The notes: a model not told the origin generated them from the letters alone. A stretch of 64,000 nucleotides of DNA from Myxococcota bacterium (GCA_965250285.1 OZ252299.1:4192001-4256000); one strand, 5' to 3'; shown: positions 46,658 to 56,660, numbered from the stretch's first letter. Translations and numbers: made by a program.

Positions 46658-47518
46658 TCACCCCTCCCGCTCGGCATCGAGCTTCTCCCACACCATGTCG
46701 GGCTCGACGTCGACGCCCAGTAGCGTGCGGGGGTGTTTGCGATCGACGTGCCCCATCACGTTGCGGTAGATCGAGTAGCCGATCAGCTCTTGGAGTCGCG
46801 CGGGGTAGCCCGCGACGACCTCGGGCGACGTGCCGAGCATCAGGTTCTGCTGCTGACGGCACCACCCGGCGACGAACTGGATCGAGAGACCGAAGCGCTC
46901 CTCCTGCTCGGTCGAGTTGGTCCCGCCCCCGTGCCACGTCGATCCGTGCAGCACGACGGCGCTGCCCGCCGGCATCTCGACCGGAATCGCCTCGTGCCGG
47001 TCACCCGGCTTCGGCATCGACTCGAAGCGATGCGAGCCGGGCACGACCAGCGTCGCGCCGTTCTCGGCGGTGAACGGCGAGAGCGCCCACAAGGTCGTCA
47101 CGAGCGTGGCGGGATGCGGCCGCGGCAGCGAGATCATCCCGTCGTCGGCGTGCAGCAGCTGCGCCGTCTCACCGGGCCACAGGTGCATCGACGTCGTGCC
47201 CGAGAGCAGATAGCCCTCGCCCAGGATCGCCTCGACGATCTCGTCCATTCGGTCGTGCAGCACCAGATCGCGGAACGCTTCGCTGCGCGAGATCAAATTG
47301 AAGATGCGACGGGTTCGAAAGCCCTCGAAGTCGTTTTGACCGAATGCCACGTCGTGCTCGCGCTCGACCCGGCGCACCTCGTCGATCAGCGCGGCACAGG
47401 CCTGCGAATCGAGGAGCCCCGTGACCACGGCGAAGCCGCGGGCCTCGACCGCCTCGGCGACGCCGGCGCCGAGGCCAGCGCCCCCGGCCGGCAGCGGATT
47501 ACCCAGTTCGGTCGACAT
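46658..47518 (-). CDS. PhyH-family dioxygenase, paralog of 2526..3365
   Basis: NDFEG, LHADD, ENGAT, WHGGG, RQQQN. Confidence 0.88.
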   Translation of the reverse strand: MSTELGNPLPAGGAGLGAGVAEAVEARGFAVVTGLLDSQACAALIDEVRRVEREHDVAFGQNDFEGFRTRRIFNLISRSEAFRDLVLHDRMDEIVEAILGEGYLLSGTTSMHLWPGETAQLLHADDGMISLPRPHPATLVTTLWALSPFTAENGATLVVPGSHRFESMPKPGDRHEAIPVEMPAGSAVVLHGSTWHGGGTNSTEQEERFGLSIQFVAGWCRQQQNLMLGTSPEVVAGYPARLQELIGYSIYRNVMGHVDRKHPRTLLGVDVEPDMVWEKLDAEREG

Positions 47519-47535
47519 TCGCTAAGGCTAGCCCC

Positions 47536-48345
47536 ATGCCCCCCTCCTCGTCAGACACGCACCGCGACGAGACGCTGCTCGACAATGCGGTGTGGCACGC
47601 CCTCAAGGGCCCGCTGGCCCGCTGCGCCGACACCGCGTCGACGCCGACGGCCGTGCGCTTCGATCCCGAGATCAACCTCTTCGCCGCCGCAGAGCGCGCG
47701 GATGACGCAGGCTGGGCGAGCCTGGCCGAGATGGTGGGCATCGGCGGCTTCGCCGTGCTCTTCCGCGATGCGATCGCGCCGCCGCCGGCCGGCTGGCAGG
47801 AGCACTACCGAACGAGCTGCTTCCAGATGGTCGCCGGCGAGCTGCCGGCGCGACCGGCGCTCGACTGCACCACGCTCGGCCCGCGCGACGCGGCCGAGAT
47901 GCTCGAGCTGGCGCAGCTGACCGAGCCCGGCCCCTTCTTCATTCGCACTGGCGAGCAGGGCCGCTACGTCGGTGTCCGGCGCGCCGGTCGACTCGTGGCC
48001 ATGGCGGGCGAGCGCTTTCGCGTGCCCGGCTATGTCGAGGTCAGCGCCGTCTGCACGCACCCCGACACGCGCGGTGAGGGCCTCGGCGGCGCGCTCACCC
48101 TCGAGATCGCGCACGGCATTCGTGCGCGCGGCGACGAGGCCTTCCTGCATCTGCTCGACACCAACGAGACCGCGCACCGCCTGTACCTGAAGCTCGGCTT
48201 CCACGATCGGCGCATGACCGAGGTCGTCGCCGCGCAGTGGCACGACGACGGGCTCCCTTGCGACACCGAACGCGAGGCGGGAGACGAGGCGGCGATCGGT
48301 GCGCTGCCCCACCCGGGCGGCCCCGACCGTGAGAAGACCGGGTGA
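47536..48345 (+). CDS. GNAT acetyltransferase (FR47-like)
   Basis: LDNAVWHAL, PGPF, AMAGER, EVSAVCTHP, RGEGLG, LYLKLGF. Confidence 0.88.
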   Translation: MPPSSSDTHRDETLLDNAVWHALKGPLARCADTASTPTAVRFDPEINLFAAAERADDAGWASLAEMVGIGGFAVLFRDAIAPPPAGWQEHYRTSCFQMVAGELPARPALDCTTLGPRDAAEMLELAQLTEPGPFFIRTGEQGRYVGVRRAGRLVAMAGERFRVPGYVEVSAVCTHPDTRGEGLGGALTLEIAHGIRARGDEAFLHLLDTNETAHRLYLKLGFHDRRMTEVVAAQWHDDGLPCDTEREAGDEAAIGALPHPGGPDREKTG

Positions 48346-48812
48346 GACCCGTGTCGCTCGTGGTCGGCGGGTTCCTCGCCGCCGTCCTCTGGTTCGACCT
48401 GATGTTCGACGTGCAGGTGTTCGGCCAGCCTCCGGGCCCGCTCGACGCAGCGGTGCTCGACTCGATCGCGAGCTACTACCAGCGCGTCGTGATCGACGCG
48501 TCACCGATGGGCCGACTCGTCGGGCTCATGATGGGGATCGGCTGGCTCAGCGTCGGCTTCCAGCTGCGACGCCGCGAGCTCGTCGGCGCAACCGGGTGGA
48601 CGACGGCCGCGCTGCTCTTCGCGCCGACGACGCTCGCTGCTCTGCGCGTCGTCCCCAACGCGGCCCGCCTCGCCGGGCGCGCCGACGCGGTCGAGGTGCA
48701 GAGCGAGCTCGCGCGCACGATCGCCTGGGATCATGTCGTGTGCCTCGGCGCGATTGTCGCATTCGTCGCGCTGCAGCTCTGGACGGGCCGCGCCCCGGCG
48801 CGCGCACGTTGA
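48342..48812 (+). CDS. Hypothetical membrane protein (about 4 TM)
   Basis: GTG overlaps the upstream TGA; hydrophobic segments; GFLAAVLWFDLMFDVQ. Confidence 0.7.
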   Translation: MRPVSLVVGGFLAAVLWFDLMFDVQVFGQPPGPLDAAVLDSIASYYQRVVIDASPMGRLVGLMMGIGWLSVGFQLRRRELVGATGWTTAALLFAPTTLAALRVVPNAARLAGRADAVEVQSELARTIAWDHVVCLGAIVAFVALQLWTGRAPARAR

Positions 48813-48920
48813 GATCGAGATCACCGACCGCGTCGCGAAAGCGTGCCGCTGAGATCATCACCCCCGGCCGCGCCCCGGCGCGCGCACACTGAGATCAGCC
48901 CCACCCGGTCGCGCCCCGGC
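48786..48920 (+). repeat. Imperfect ~40-bp tandem repeat (3.3 copies) spanning the stop codon of 48342..48812
   Basis: GGCCGCGCCCCGGCGCGCGCAC..TGAGATC at 48786 and 48866, degenerate copy at 48826, partial copy at 48907. Confidence 0.75.
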
Positions 48921-48941
48921 AGCGGGCCTCGAAACGACGAA

Positions 48942-48969
48942 GGGCGCCCCGGCTCGCACCGGGACGCCC
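48942..48969 (-). terminator. Putative intrinsic terminator of hppA
   Basis: Minus strand GGGCGTCCCGG-tgcgag-CCGGGGCGCCC followed by TTCGTCGTTTC. Confidence 0.6.
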
Positions 48970-48992
48970 CTCGATTCGACGCAGGCTCGTGC

Positions 48993-51092
48993 TCAGAGCG
49001 TGGCGATCAGCGGCGCCACGAGCAGCGAGACGACGCTCATCACCTTGATCAGGATCGAGACGCCGGGGCCCGACGTGTCCTTGAAGGGATCACCCACCGT
49101 GTCGCCGATGACGGCCGCCTTGTGCGCATCGGAACCCTTCGCATGGCCCTCGAGGCCGCCGGCCTCGATGTGCTTCTTGGCGTTGTCCCAGGCGCCACCT
49201 GCGTTCGCCATGAAGAGCGAGAGCGAAGCGCCCACCGCCACGGCGCCCGCGAGCAGACCAGCCAGCGCCTCGGCACCGAGCACGAAGCCGGTCAGCACCG
49301 GCGCGATGATGGCGACGCAGCCGGGCAGCACCATCTGGCGTAGCGCGGCGAGGGTCGCGATGTCGACGATGACCTTGCCCTCGGGCTCGGCGTTGCCCTC
49401 GCGCAGACCGGGGATCTCGTTGAACTGGCGGATGATCTCCTGGATGATCGCCTGGGCCGCCTTGCCCACCGCGATCATGGTCGACGCGCCCACCGCGTAG
49501 GGCAGACACGCGCCGATCAGGATGCCGACGAGGATGCGCGCGTCATCGAGGCGGGCGTCCATCGGTGCGATGCCCGCGGCCTCGCGCACGTGGTTCACCT
49601 CGAGGATGAACGCGCCGAAGAGCGAAAGCACGGTGAGGGTCGCCGAGCCGATGGCGTAGCCCTTGCCGATGGCCGCCGTCGTGTTGCCGACCGCGTCGAG
49701 CTCATCGGTGATCGCCCGCACCTCGGGGCCGAGCTCGCTCATCTCGCTGATGCCGCCCGCGTTGTCCGCGATCGGTCCGTAGGCGTCGACGGTCATCACG
49801 ATTGCGGTGCCGGCGAGCATGCCGACGGCGCCGAGGGCGATGCCGTAGAGGCCCATGCCCTCGGGCATGACCATGTTGCAGACGAAGCCGATCACGGCGA
49901 CGACGGCGAGGGACGCCACCGTGCTCTCCATGCCGACGGCGAGGCCCGAGATGATGCCCGTGCCGGCGCCGGTGGTGTTGGCGTCGGCCACGCGCTCGAT
50001 CGGGCCCCAAGCAGTGTAGTACTCGGTGATCAGGCCGATGGCCGCGCCGCCGATGGCGCCGGCGGCGATGGCGGCCGTCACGACCTGCGAGACGCCGAGC
50101 ATCGGCATGATGATCGCCGACACGACTGTGATGATGAGACTCGGCACGACCAGCGCGGCGCGCAGCACGACCGAGGGCGCGCTGTTCTTGAGCGCGCGTG
50201 CGATGAAGATGCAGACGATCGAGACGGCGAGACCCACGCCGGCGAGGAACACCGGCAGGGTCACGGCGAGGAACTTCGCCTCGTCGGCCGTCTGGCCGCC
50301 CGTGAAGAGGCTCTCGATGTGCGAGGTGTTCGCGGTCAGGCCGATGGCCATGGCCGCGACGATCGCCGCGACGAGAGATTCGTAGATGTCGGCGCCCATG
50401 CCCGCCACGTCGCCGACGTTGTCACCCACGTTGTCGGCGATGCCGCCGGGGTTGCGCGGATCGTCCTCGGGGATGCCCTCGACGACCTTCCCCGCGATGT
50501 CCGAGCCGACGTCCGCGGCCTTGGTGTAGATACCACCGCCGATGCGCGCGAAGAGCGCGATCGACGACGCACCCACCGCGAAGCTGTGGAGGATCGTCGC
50601 GAGGTGCGGATCGTCGATGAAGACGTAGTAGAGGCCGCCGAGGCCGAGCAGCGCACCGGCCGCCACGAAGAGGCCCATCACGGCGCCGCCGTCGAGGGCG
50701 GTGAGCAGCGCGTTCGGCTTCGAGCCCTCGCGCGCCGCCTGGCTGGTGCGCACGTTCGCGTACGTCGCGGCCTTCATGCCGACGAAGCCCGCGAGTAGCG
50801 AGAGGAAGGCGCCGAGCACGAAGCACAGGCCCGCCAGCAGGCCTGTGCCCTGAAGGCTCTGGAATGCGAAGAAGAGCGCGATGAAGACGGCGACGGTGTA
50901 GGCAGCGAGCACCTTGTACTCGCGCACGAGGAACGCCATCGCGCCCTCACGGATGTACTGACCGATCAGGTTCATCGTATCCGTGCCCTCGGGCAGGCCC
51001 TTGACACGGAAGTAGAAGAAGCCGGCCAACCCCAGCGCGGCAATGCTCGCGAGAATCGGCGCGAGCGTGAGTTGCGCGTTCAGATCACTCAT
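48993..51092 (-). CDS. hppA: Membrane-bound ion-translocating pyrophosphatase, K+-dependent type
   Basis: [67 protein letters not shown]. Confidence 0.96.
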   Translation of the reverse strand: MSDLNAQLTLAPILASIAALGLAGFFYFRVKGLPEGTDTMNLIGQYIREGAMAFLVREYKVLAAYTVAVFIALFFAFQSLQGTGLLAGLCFVLGAFLSLLAGFVGMKAATYANVRTSQAAREGSKPNALLTALDGGAVMGLFVAAGALLGLGGLYYVFIDDPHLATILHSFAVGASSIALFARIGGGIYTKAADVGSDIAGKVVEGIPEDDPRNPGGIADNVGDNVGDVAGMGADIYESLVAAIVAAMAIGLTANTSHIESLFTGGQTADEAKFLAVTLPVFLAGVGLAVSIVCIFIARALKNSAPSVVLRAALVVPSLIITVVSAIIMPMLGVSQVVTAAIAAGAIGGAAIGLITEYYTAWGPIERVADANTTGAGTGIISGLAVGMESTVASLAVVAVIGFVCNMVMPEGMGLYGIALGAVGMLAGTAIVMTVDAYGPIADNAGGISEMSELGPEVRAITDELDAVGNTTAAIGKGYAIGSATLTVLSLFGAFILEVNHVREAAGIAPMDARLDDARILVGILIGACLPYAVGASTMIAVGKAAQAIIQEIIRQFNEIPGLREGNAEPEGKVIVDIATLAALRQMVLPGCVAIIAPVLTGFVLGAEALAGLLAGAVAVGASLSLFMANAGGAWDNAKKHIEAGGLEGHAKGSDAHKAAVIGDTVGDPFKDTSGPGVSILIKVMSVVSLLVAPLIATL

Positions 51093-51217
51093 CGATCGTT
51101 CGTCCTGTCCAGCTGTGCCGCGACCGGCCCGTGCGTGGCCCGGATGCTTTCGGGCGACGCGGAGTCATGCAGCCGATTCGAGGCGTCGACACACCGACCG
51201 GGGGGCCCGGTGCGCGG

Positions 51218-51408
51218 TTGACTTGGCGCGTGAGCTCGCAGGGCGAGCCCGATGCGATTGATTTGGTGCACGAACTCACAACGCGAGCTCGATGCGATTG
51301 ACTTGGCGCGTGAGCTCGCGACTCGAGCTCGATGCATTCACATGGTGCGTGAGCCCGCGACGCGAACTCGATCTTGCCAGGATGTTCGAACTCACCGAGC
51401 GAGCTCGA
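51218..51408 (-). repeat. Array of five 37-40-bp hairpin-containing tandem repeats upstream of hppA
   Basis: Units start at 51218, 51258, 51298, 51337 and ~51374; each has GAGCTCGC-N3-GCGAGCTC-like arms. Confidence 0.88.
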
Positions 51409-51454
51409 CCATGACACGGAGGCAGTCGCTCGCCCGAGCGAACCCGGTCCATCG

Positions 51455-51650
51455 GCCACCTTCCCCCTGGGGCCAAGGTGCGAGAGATCCTGCCTGGACG
51501 GGTGTTTAGCGAGTTCGGCGTCGCTCCGAAAGCGGGCCGACCGCCTCGCCCCGTTGCATCTGGACAAGCGCTGGGGCCCGCGACCGATTCTGTATCCTGA
51601 CCGCTCCGCGCGCATCGGATTTACGATCGGAGGTGCTGAGAAGGCACCTA
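51455..51650 (-). ncRNA. Candidate structured RNA or cis-regulatory leader, family not recognised
   Basis: Contiguous short stems found by eye; no credible ORF; lies 5' of hppA. Confidence 0.35.
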
Positions 51651-51743
51651 GCGCCGCTTGGCGGGCCGAATACACCACGGCAGGCCGCCGTTCGAGCCCT
51701 TCCGCGGGCCCGATGAGAACCGAGATCAGGAGCCGCACGCCCA

Positions 51744-52202
51744 ATGGCCAGCCCCACCGCAGCACCGAGCATCGACCCGACGGGCGTCGCCAGCGACCGC
51801 CTCGAGGGTCACCCGCTGCTGCTCTTCGACGGGGTCTGCAACTTCTGCCACTGGGCGGTGCAGTTCATCATCGCCCGTGACCCCGACGCCCAGTTCCGGT
51901 TCGCCTCGCTGCAGTCCGAGACCGGCCGCGAGGTGCTGCGCAGCGCGGGCCTGCCGGGTGACGTCACGACGATGATCCTGGTCGAGCCCGACGGTCGCGT
52001 CTCGTCGCGCAGCAGCGGCGCGCTTCGGGTCGCCATGCGCATGGGGGGGCTGTGGCCGGCGCTCGGCGTGCTGCTGCTGGTGCCCAGCTTCCTGCGCGAT
52101 CCCGTCTACGAGCTGATCGCGCGCAACCGCTATCGCTGGTTTGGTCAGAAGGACAGCTGCCCGATGCCCGACCCCGCGCTCGCCGATCGCTTTCTCGACT
52201 GA
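51744..52202 (+). CDS. DCC1-like thiol-disulfide oxidoreductase (DUF393)
   Basis: LLFDGVCNFC, FASLQS, RDPVYELIARNRYRWFG. Confidence 0.92.
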   Translation: MASPTAAPSIDPTGVASDRLEGHPLLLFDGVCNFCHWAVQFIIARDPDAQFRFASLQSETGREVLRSAGLPGDVTTMILVEPDGRVSSRSSGALRVAMRMGGLWPALGVLLLVPSFLRDPVYELIARNRYRWFGQKDSCPMPDPALADRFLD

Positions 52203-52264
52203 GAGCCGACGCGCCGCGATGGGTCGCACCTGGCACTCGGCGCGACCCCGCCGAGGTCGACGCG

Positions 52265-53446
52265 CTAGCGCGGATCGAGCGGCAGCGTCATCCACCCGTG
52301 CAGGATGCCGATCGGGATGCGCTGCCCCCGGTCGTCGCGCACGCGCACGTCGGGCAGCAGCTGCACGAGCGCCTCTAGACCGATACGCGCTTCGAGCCGC
52401 GCGAGATGCGAGCCGAGGCAGTAGTGAATGCCGTGCCCGAAGGCGACGTGATCTTGACGACGTCGGTCGAGGTCGATCTCGTCGGGTCGTTCGAAGTGAC
52501 GCGGGTCGCGGTTGGCCGCGGCGAACATCACCATCAACACGTCGCCTTCGCGAATGGTTCGGCCGTGCAGCTCGACGTCGGTGGTCGCAATGCGCGCCAA
52601 CCCGTTCACGGGCGACTCGAGTCGCAGCAGCTCGTTCACCAGCTTCGGGATCCGGCTCGGTTCGTCGCGCACGAGCCCCTGCAAGTCGGGGCGCGCCTGC
52701 AGACACAGCGCCGCATTCGAGAGCAGATTGGTCGTCGTCTCGTTGCCCGCCGCCCAGAGCAGCTGGCACAGCCCCACGAGCTCAGCGGGCGAGAGCGGGT
52801 TCTCGTCGTGCTCCGATGCGTCGATCAGCGCCGAGAAAAGGTCGTCCCGGCGGTCACTTCGACGCATCTCGATCAGCTCTGCGAGCGCGTTCGCCATTTC
52901 TCGCATGACCGTCGGGATCGAGTCGCTGCCGACCTCGGCGGCGCCGACGACGCTCGAGGTCGCATTCCACAAGAGCAGCCGCTCCTGCATCTCTTTCGGG
53001 ATGCCGAGCATTTCGGCGATCACGTTGACCGGAAACGGGCTCGTGAAGTGGCGCACGAGGTCGACGGGCTCGCCGTCGGCGAGCCGCGCGCGCAGCTCGC
53101 TCGCGAGGCCGGCCGCGATCTCGCGCAGGCGATCCTCTCGCTCGGCCGTGACGCGCGGCGTGAAGGCGGTGCTCAGAATGCGTCGCAGGCGATCGTGATG
53201 CGGCGGGTCGTCCTGGATCAGCGGCTGCCGTGGGATCCCCGCTTCGGCAAACCGTCCCGTCGCACCCCCCTTCGAAGAGAAGCGCTCGGGGTCGTGCAGC
53301 ACTCGGATCACATCGTCGTATCGCGTGATCATCCACAGCTGATCGGTCTCGTTGTAGTACACGGGCGCTTCGTCGCGGAGCATGGCCCAGACGGCGTAGG
53401 GATCGGCGACGTAGGCAGGCTCGTGAAGGTGGAACGTCGGCAGCAT
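52265..53446 (-). CDS. Cytochrome P450
   Basis: DPPHH, AGNETT, NELLR, FGHGIHYCLG. Confidence 0.95.
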   Translation of the reverse strand: MLPTFHLHEPAYVADPYAVWAMLRDEAPVYYNETDQLWMITRYDDVIRVLHDPERFSSKGGATGRFAEAGIPRQPLIQDDPPHHDRLRRILSTAFTPRVTAEREDRLREIAAGLASELRARLADGEPVDLVRHFTSPFPVNVIAEMLGIPKEMQERLLLWNATSSVVGAAEVGSDSIPTVMREMANALAELIEMRRSDRRDDLFSALIDASEHDENPLSPAELVGLCQLLWAAGNETTTNLLSNAALCLQARPDLQGLVRDEPSRIPKLVNELLRLESPVNGLARIATTDVELHGRTIREGDVLMVMFAAANRDPRHFERPDEIDLDRRRQDHVAFGHGIHYCLGSHLARLEARIGLEALVQLLPDVRVRDDRGQRIPIGILHGWMTLPLDPR

Positions 53447-53478
53447 CGCGATGAAACCTCCGCTGCGCCGCCCGCGCC

Positions 53479-54072
53479 TCAGCTCGGGTCGGCGAGATAG
53501 AGCGAGACGAGCGTCTCGAGATCGTCACGGCGTGACTCGGGCGGGATCCAGCTGGCGACCAGATAGCCGAACACGCTCGTCAGAAAGAGGATGGTGGCCT
53601 GACCGGGCTCGAGACCCACGCGCAACTCACCGCAACGCGCAGCCTCGGTGAAGCGTCGCCCGAGCTCGGTCACGAGCGGAAACGGTTGCGACGCGAGCAC
53701 GCCCTCGTTCGAGCGCCGGGCAAACACGCCGGTCATTTCTCGAAACAACGCCGGGTCGCCGAGCTTCGTCTCGCACTCGATCATGCCTTCGACGAAGGCC
53801 GCCATCGCAACCGCGAGCGCCCCGGTCGGGCGAATGCGATCGACGATCCCGACCTCCATGCTCCACTGCAGATCGAGCAGCACGTGATCCTTGGTCGGGT
53901 AGTGGAAGTAGAAGCTCGGCCGCGAGACACCGGCGCGCTTCGCGATCGCCGCGACGCTCGCGCGGGCGAAACCCACGCGCTTGAACTCGTCGATCGCCGC
54001 GACGAACACGCGGCGGCGCGTCGCCTCGCGCTGCTGCTCGCGGGCGGATGGGGTGCGGAGCGGCAGATCCAT
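53479..54072 (-). CDS. TetR/AcrR family transcriptional regulator
   Basis: HTH IAKRAGVSRPSFYFHYPTK. Confidence 0.93.
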   Translation of the reverse strand: MDLPLRTPSAREQQREATRRRVFVAAIDEFKRVGFARASVAAIAKRAGVSRPSFYFHYPTKDHVLLDLQWSMEVGIVDRIRPTGALAVAMAAFVEGMIECETKLGDPALFREMTGVFARRSNEGVLASQPFPLVTELGRRFTEAARCGELRVGLEPGQATILFLTSVFGYLVASWIPPESRRDDLETLVSLYLADPS

Positions 54073-54078
54073 GTCGCC

Positions 54079-54127
54079 AGCCTGCCTCTTCGATTTACAA
54101 TCGTCAACGAAATCAGACGAACGTCAG
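54079..54127 (-). promoter_or_regulatory. Sigma-70-type promoter of tetR (leaderless) with two overlapping operator-like palindromes
   Basis: Minus strand TTGACG-N17-CAGGCT-N6-ATG; imperfect palindromes TTTAC-aatc-GTCAA (54094-54107) and CAGAC-gaac-GTCAG (54114-54127). Confidence 0.6.
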
Positions 54128-54188
54128 CCAAATGAGCACAGCGAAGCCTCGACGGGTTCCCTTGGGGGAACCCTGTCTCAGCTCGCGT

Positions 54189-55418
<1,230 letters not shown>

Positions 55419-55499
55419 CTCGAGTCTCCTCCGGTCCGCGGCGGGTCGCCGGGGCGAACGAGACCTATAGCCCAGGGTCGGGGGCCGCTGGATGTCGGG

Positions 55500-56285
55500 T
55501 CAGCCCCGCCTCCGGCGGGCCCGCCAGGCGCCGCTGCCGGCGATCGCCAGCCCGAGCGCGGCCCCGCCCGGCCATGCGGCGACGGGCACCTCGAGCGGGG
55601 GGCCGATGACCATGTAGTCGCCGGGGCCGTGAAGCGTCTCGCCTTCGGCCGCCGCCTCGAGCTCGATCGCGAGCGTGGTCGGGCCGGTCGAGATCCACTG
55701 GGCTTGATCCGTCCACACACCGCCAGTCTCGGCTTCGTCCGAGCGCTCATCGGCCGTCTCGTCTTCGACGCCACCGGGAGACCACTGCGCATGGTCGGCG
55801 ATCGTGTTGCCATTGCCGAAGCTGACGGGTGAGAAGTAGAGCTGGATCCCGTAGGCGCCCGAATCGAAGGGCAGCGCGAAGGTGCCGAGCGAAGACACGT
55901 CGATGCGCTGGGGATCGCCCGGAGGCGCGTCGTCGAGCGTGTGGATGAAGAGCGCGTCGCCGGGCCCGAGATCGATGCCATTCAGACCGATCGCCGAGGA
56001 GTAGCGGCGGATCTGGTCTTCGTCGTGCGTGCAGAATCGCCAACCATCGAGCGACTCCGTCGCGTCGCCGAAGTTGCGAAGCTCGATCACGCCGGTCGTG
56101 AAGTCGAACGAACGCATCTGGACGTCCCGCGGCGCGGCCCCGGCGGTCGACGCCAGGGTCAGGAGGGCCAGCGCCTGTGCCACGATGATCCCGAGCCGGG
56201 GCAGGTCGATGGGCGACGGCGCACGAATGGGGTGTCGCGGCCGCAGGGCCGGAAGGGCTCGGACCGCCGGGGCGAGAGAGGGCAT
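55500..56285 (-). CDS. Exported protein (lamin-tail-like domain) with C-terminal sorting-signal-like tail
   Basis: Signal peptide; IELRNFG...SLDGW; tail VPVAAWPGGAALGLAIAGSGAWRARRRRG. Confidence 0.65.
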   Translation of the reverse strand: MPSLAPAVRALPALRPRHPIRAPSPIDLPRLGIIVAQALALLTLASTAGAAPRDVQMRSFDFTTGVIELRNFGDATESLDGWRFCTHDEDQIRRYSSAIGLNGIDLGPGDALFIHTLDDAPPGDPQRIDVSSLGTFALPFDSGAYGIQLYFSPVSFGNGNTIADHAQWSPGGVEDETADERSDEAETGGVWTDQAQWISTGPTTLAIELEAAAEGETLHGPGDYMVIGPPLEVPVAAWPGGAALGLAIAGSGAWRARRRRG

Positions 56286-56660
56286 CGAACGCGTCTCCTG
56301 AGTCGCGCCGCCGGGGGCGCCCGGTGCGCGTTGCGCTTCGATGCGTGCCGCCGGACTTCGCTCCCGAATTTTTCGGTTCGATTCGACGAAATCGATCGCC
56401 CGTCGGCATCGAAGCCGTCGAGCGTCGGTCGGGGAGCGGTGCCCCTCGCGGGGACTCAGATCCCAGCTCGGGCGGGCCGATGATCGGTCCGATGACGCAG
56501 CAGGTGAGGTGAGCCGGGCTACACTGCTCAGACTCCCCGAAAGCTCGCCGAGCGACGCACCCGGAGCGCTCGGCCCACATCACTTCGATCGGCGGAGCGC
56601 CGAGAAATTCATCTGTCCGGGCGCGCCGCGCCCGGTCACGAACGGCACAGGCACACTCTC

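Noticed and set aside
51140..51215. Fluoride riboswitch-like GCTGCATGACTCC on the minus strand upstream of hppA
   Set aside because: The required 5' GGnGATGGnGTTCnCC segment and its pseudoknot partner are absent.
51218..51408. CRISPR array interpretation of the 40-bp repeats
   Set aside because: The units are contiguous with no unique spacers, the repeats are degenerate, and there are no cas genes in the window.
51628..51650. TPP riboswitch-like GGTGCTGAGA
   Set aside because: No downstream CCTGAnCnGGnTAATnCCnGCGnAGGGA core and no thiamine-related gene follows.
56290..56660. 370-bp intergenic region with a possible GGGGAG/CTCCCC long-range stem
   Set aside because: It is a divergent promoter region; the pairing is short and expected by chance at this GC content, with no recognisable RNA family.
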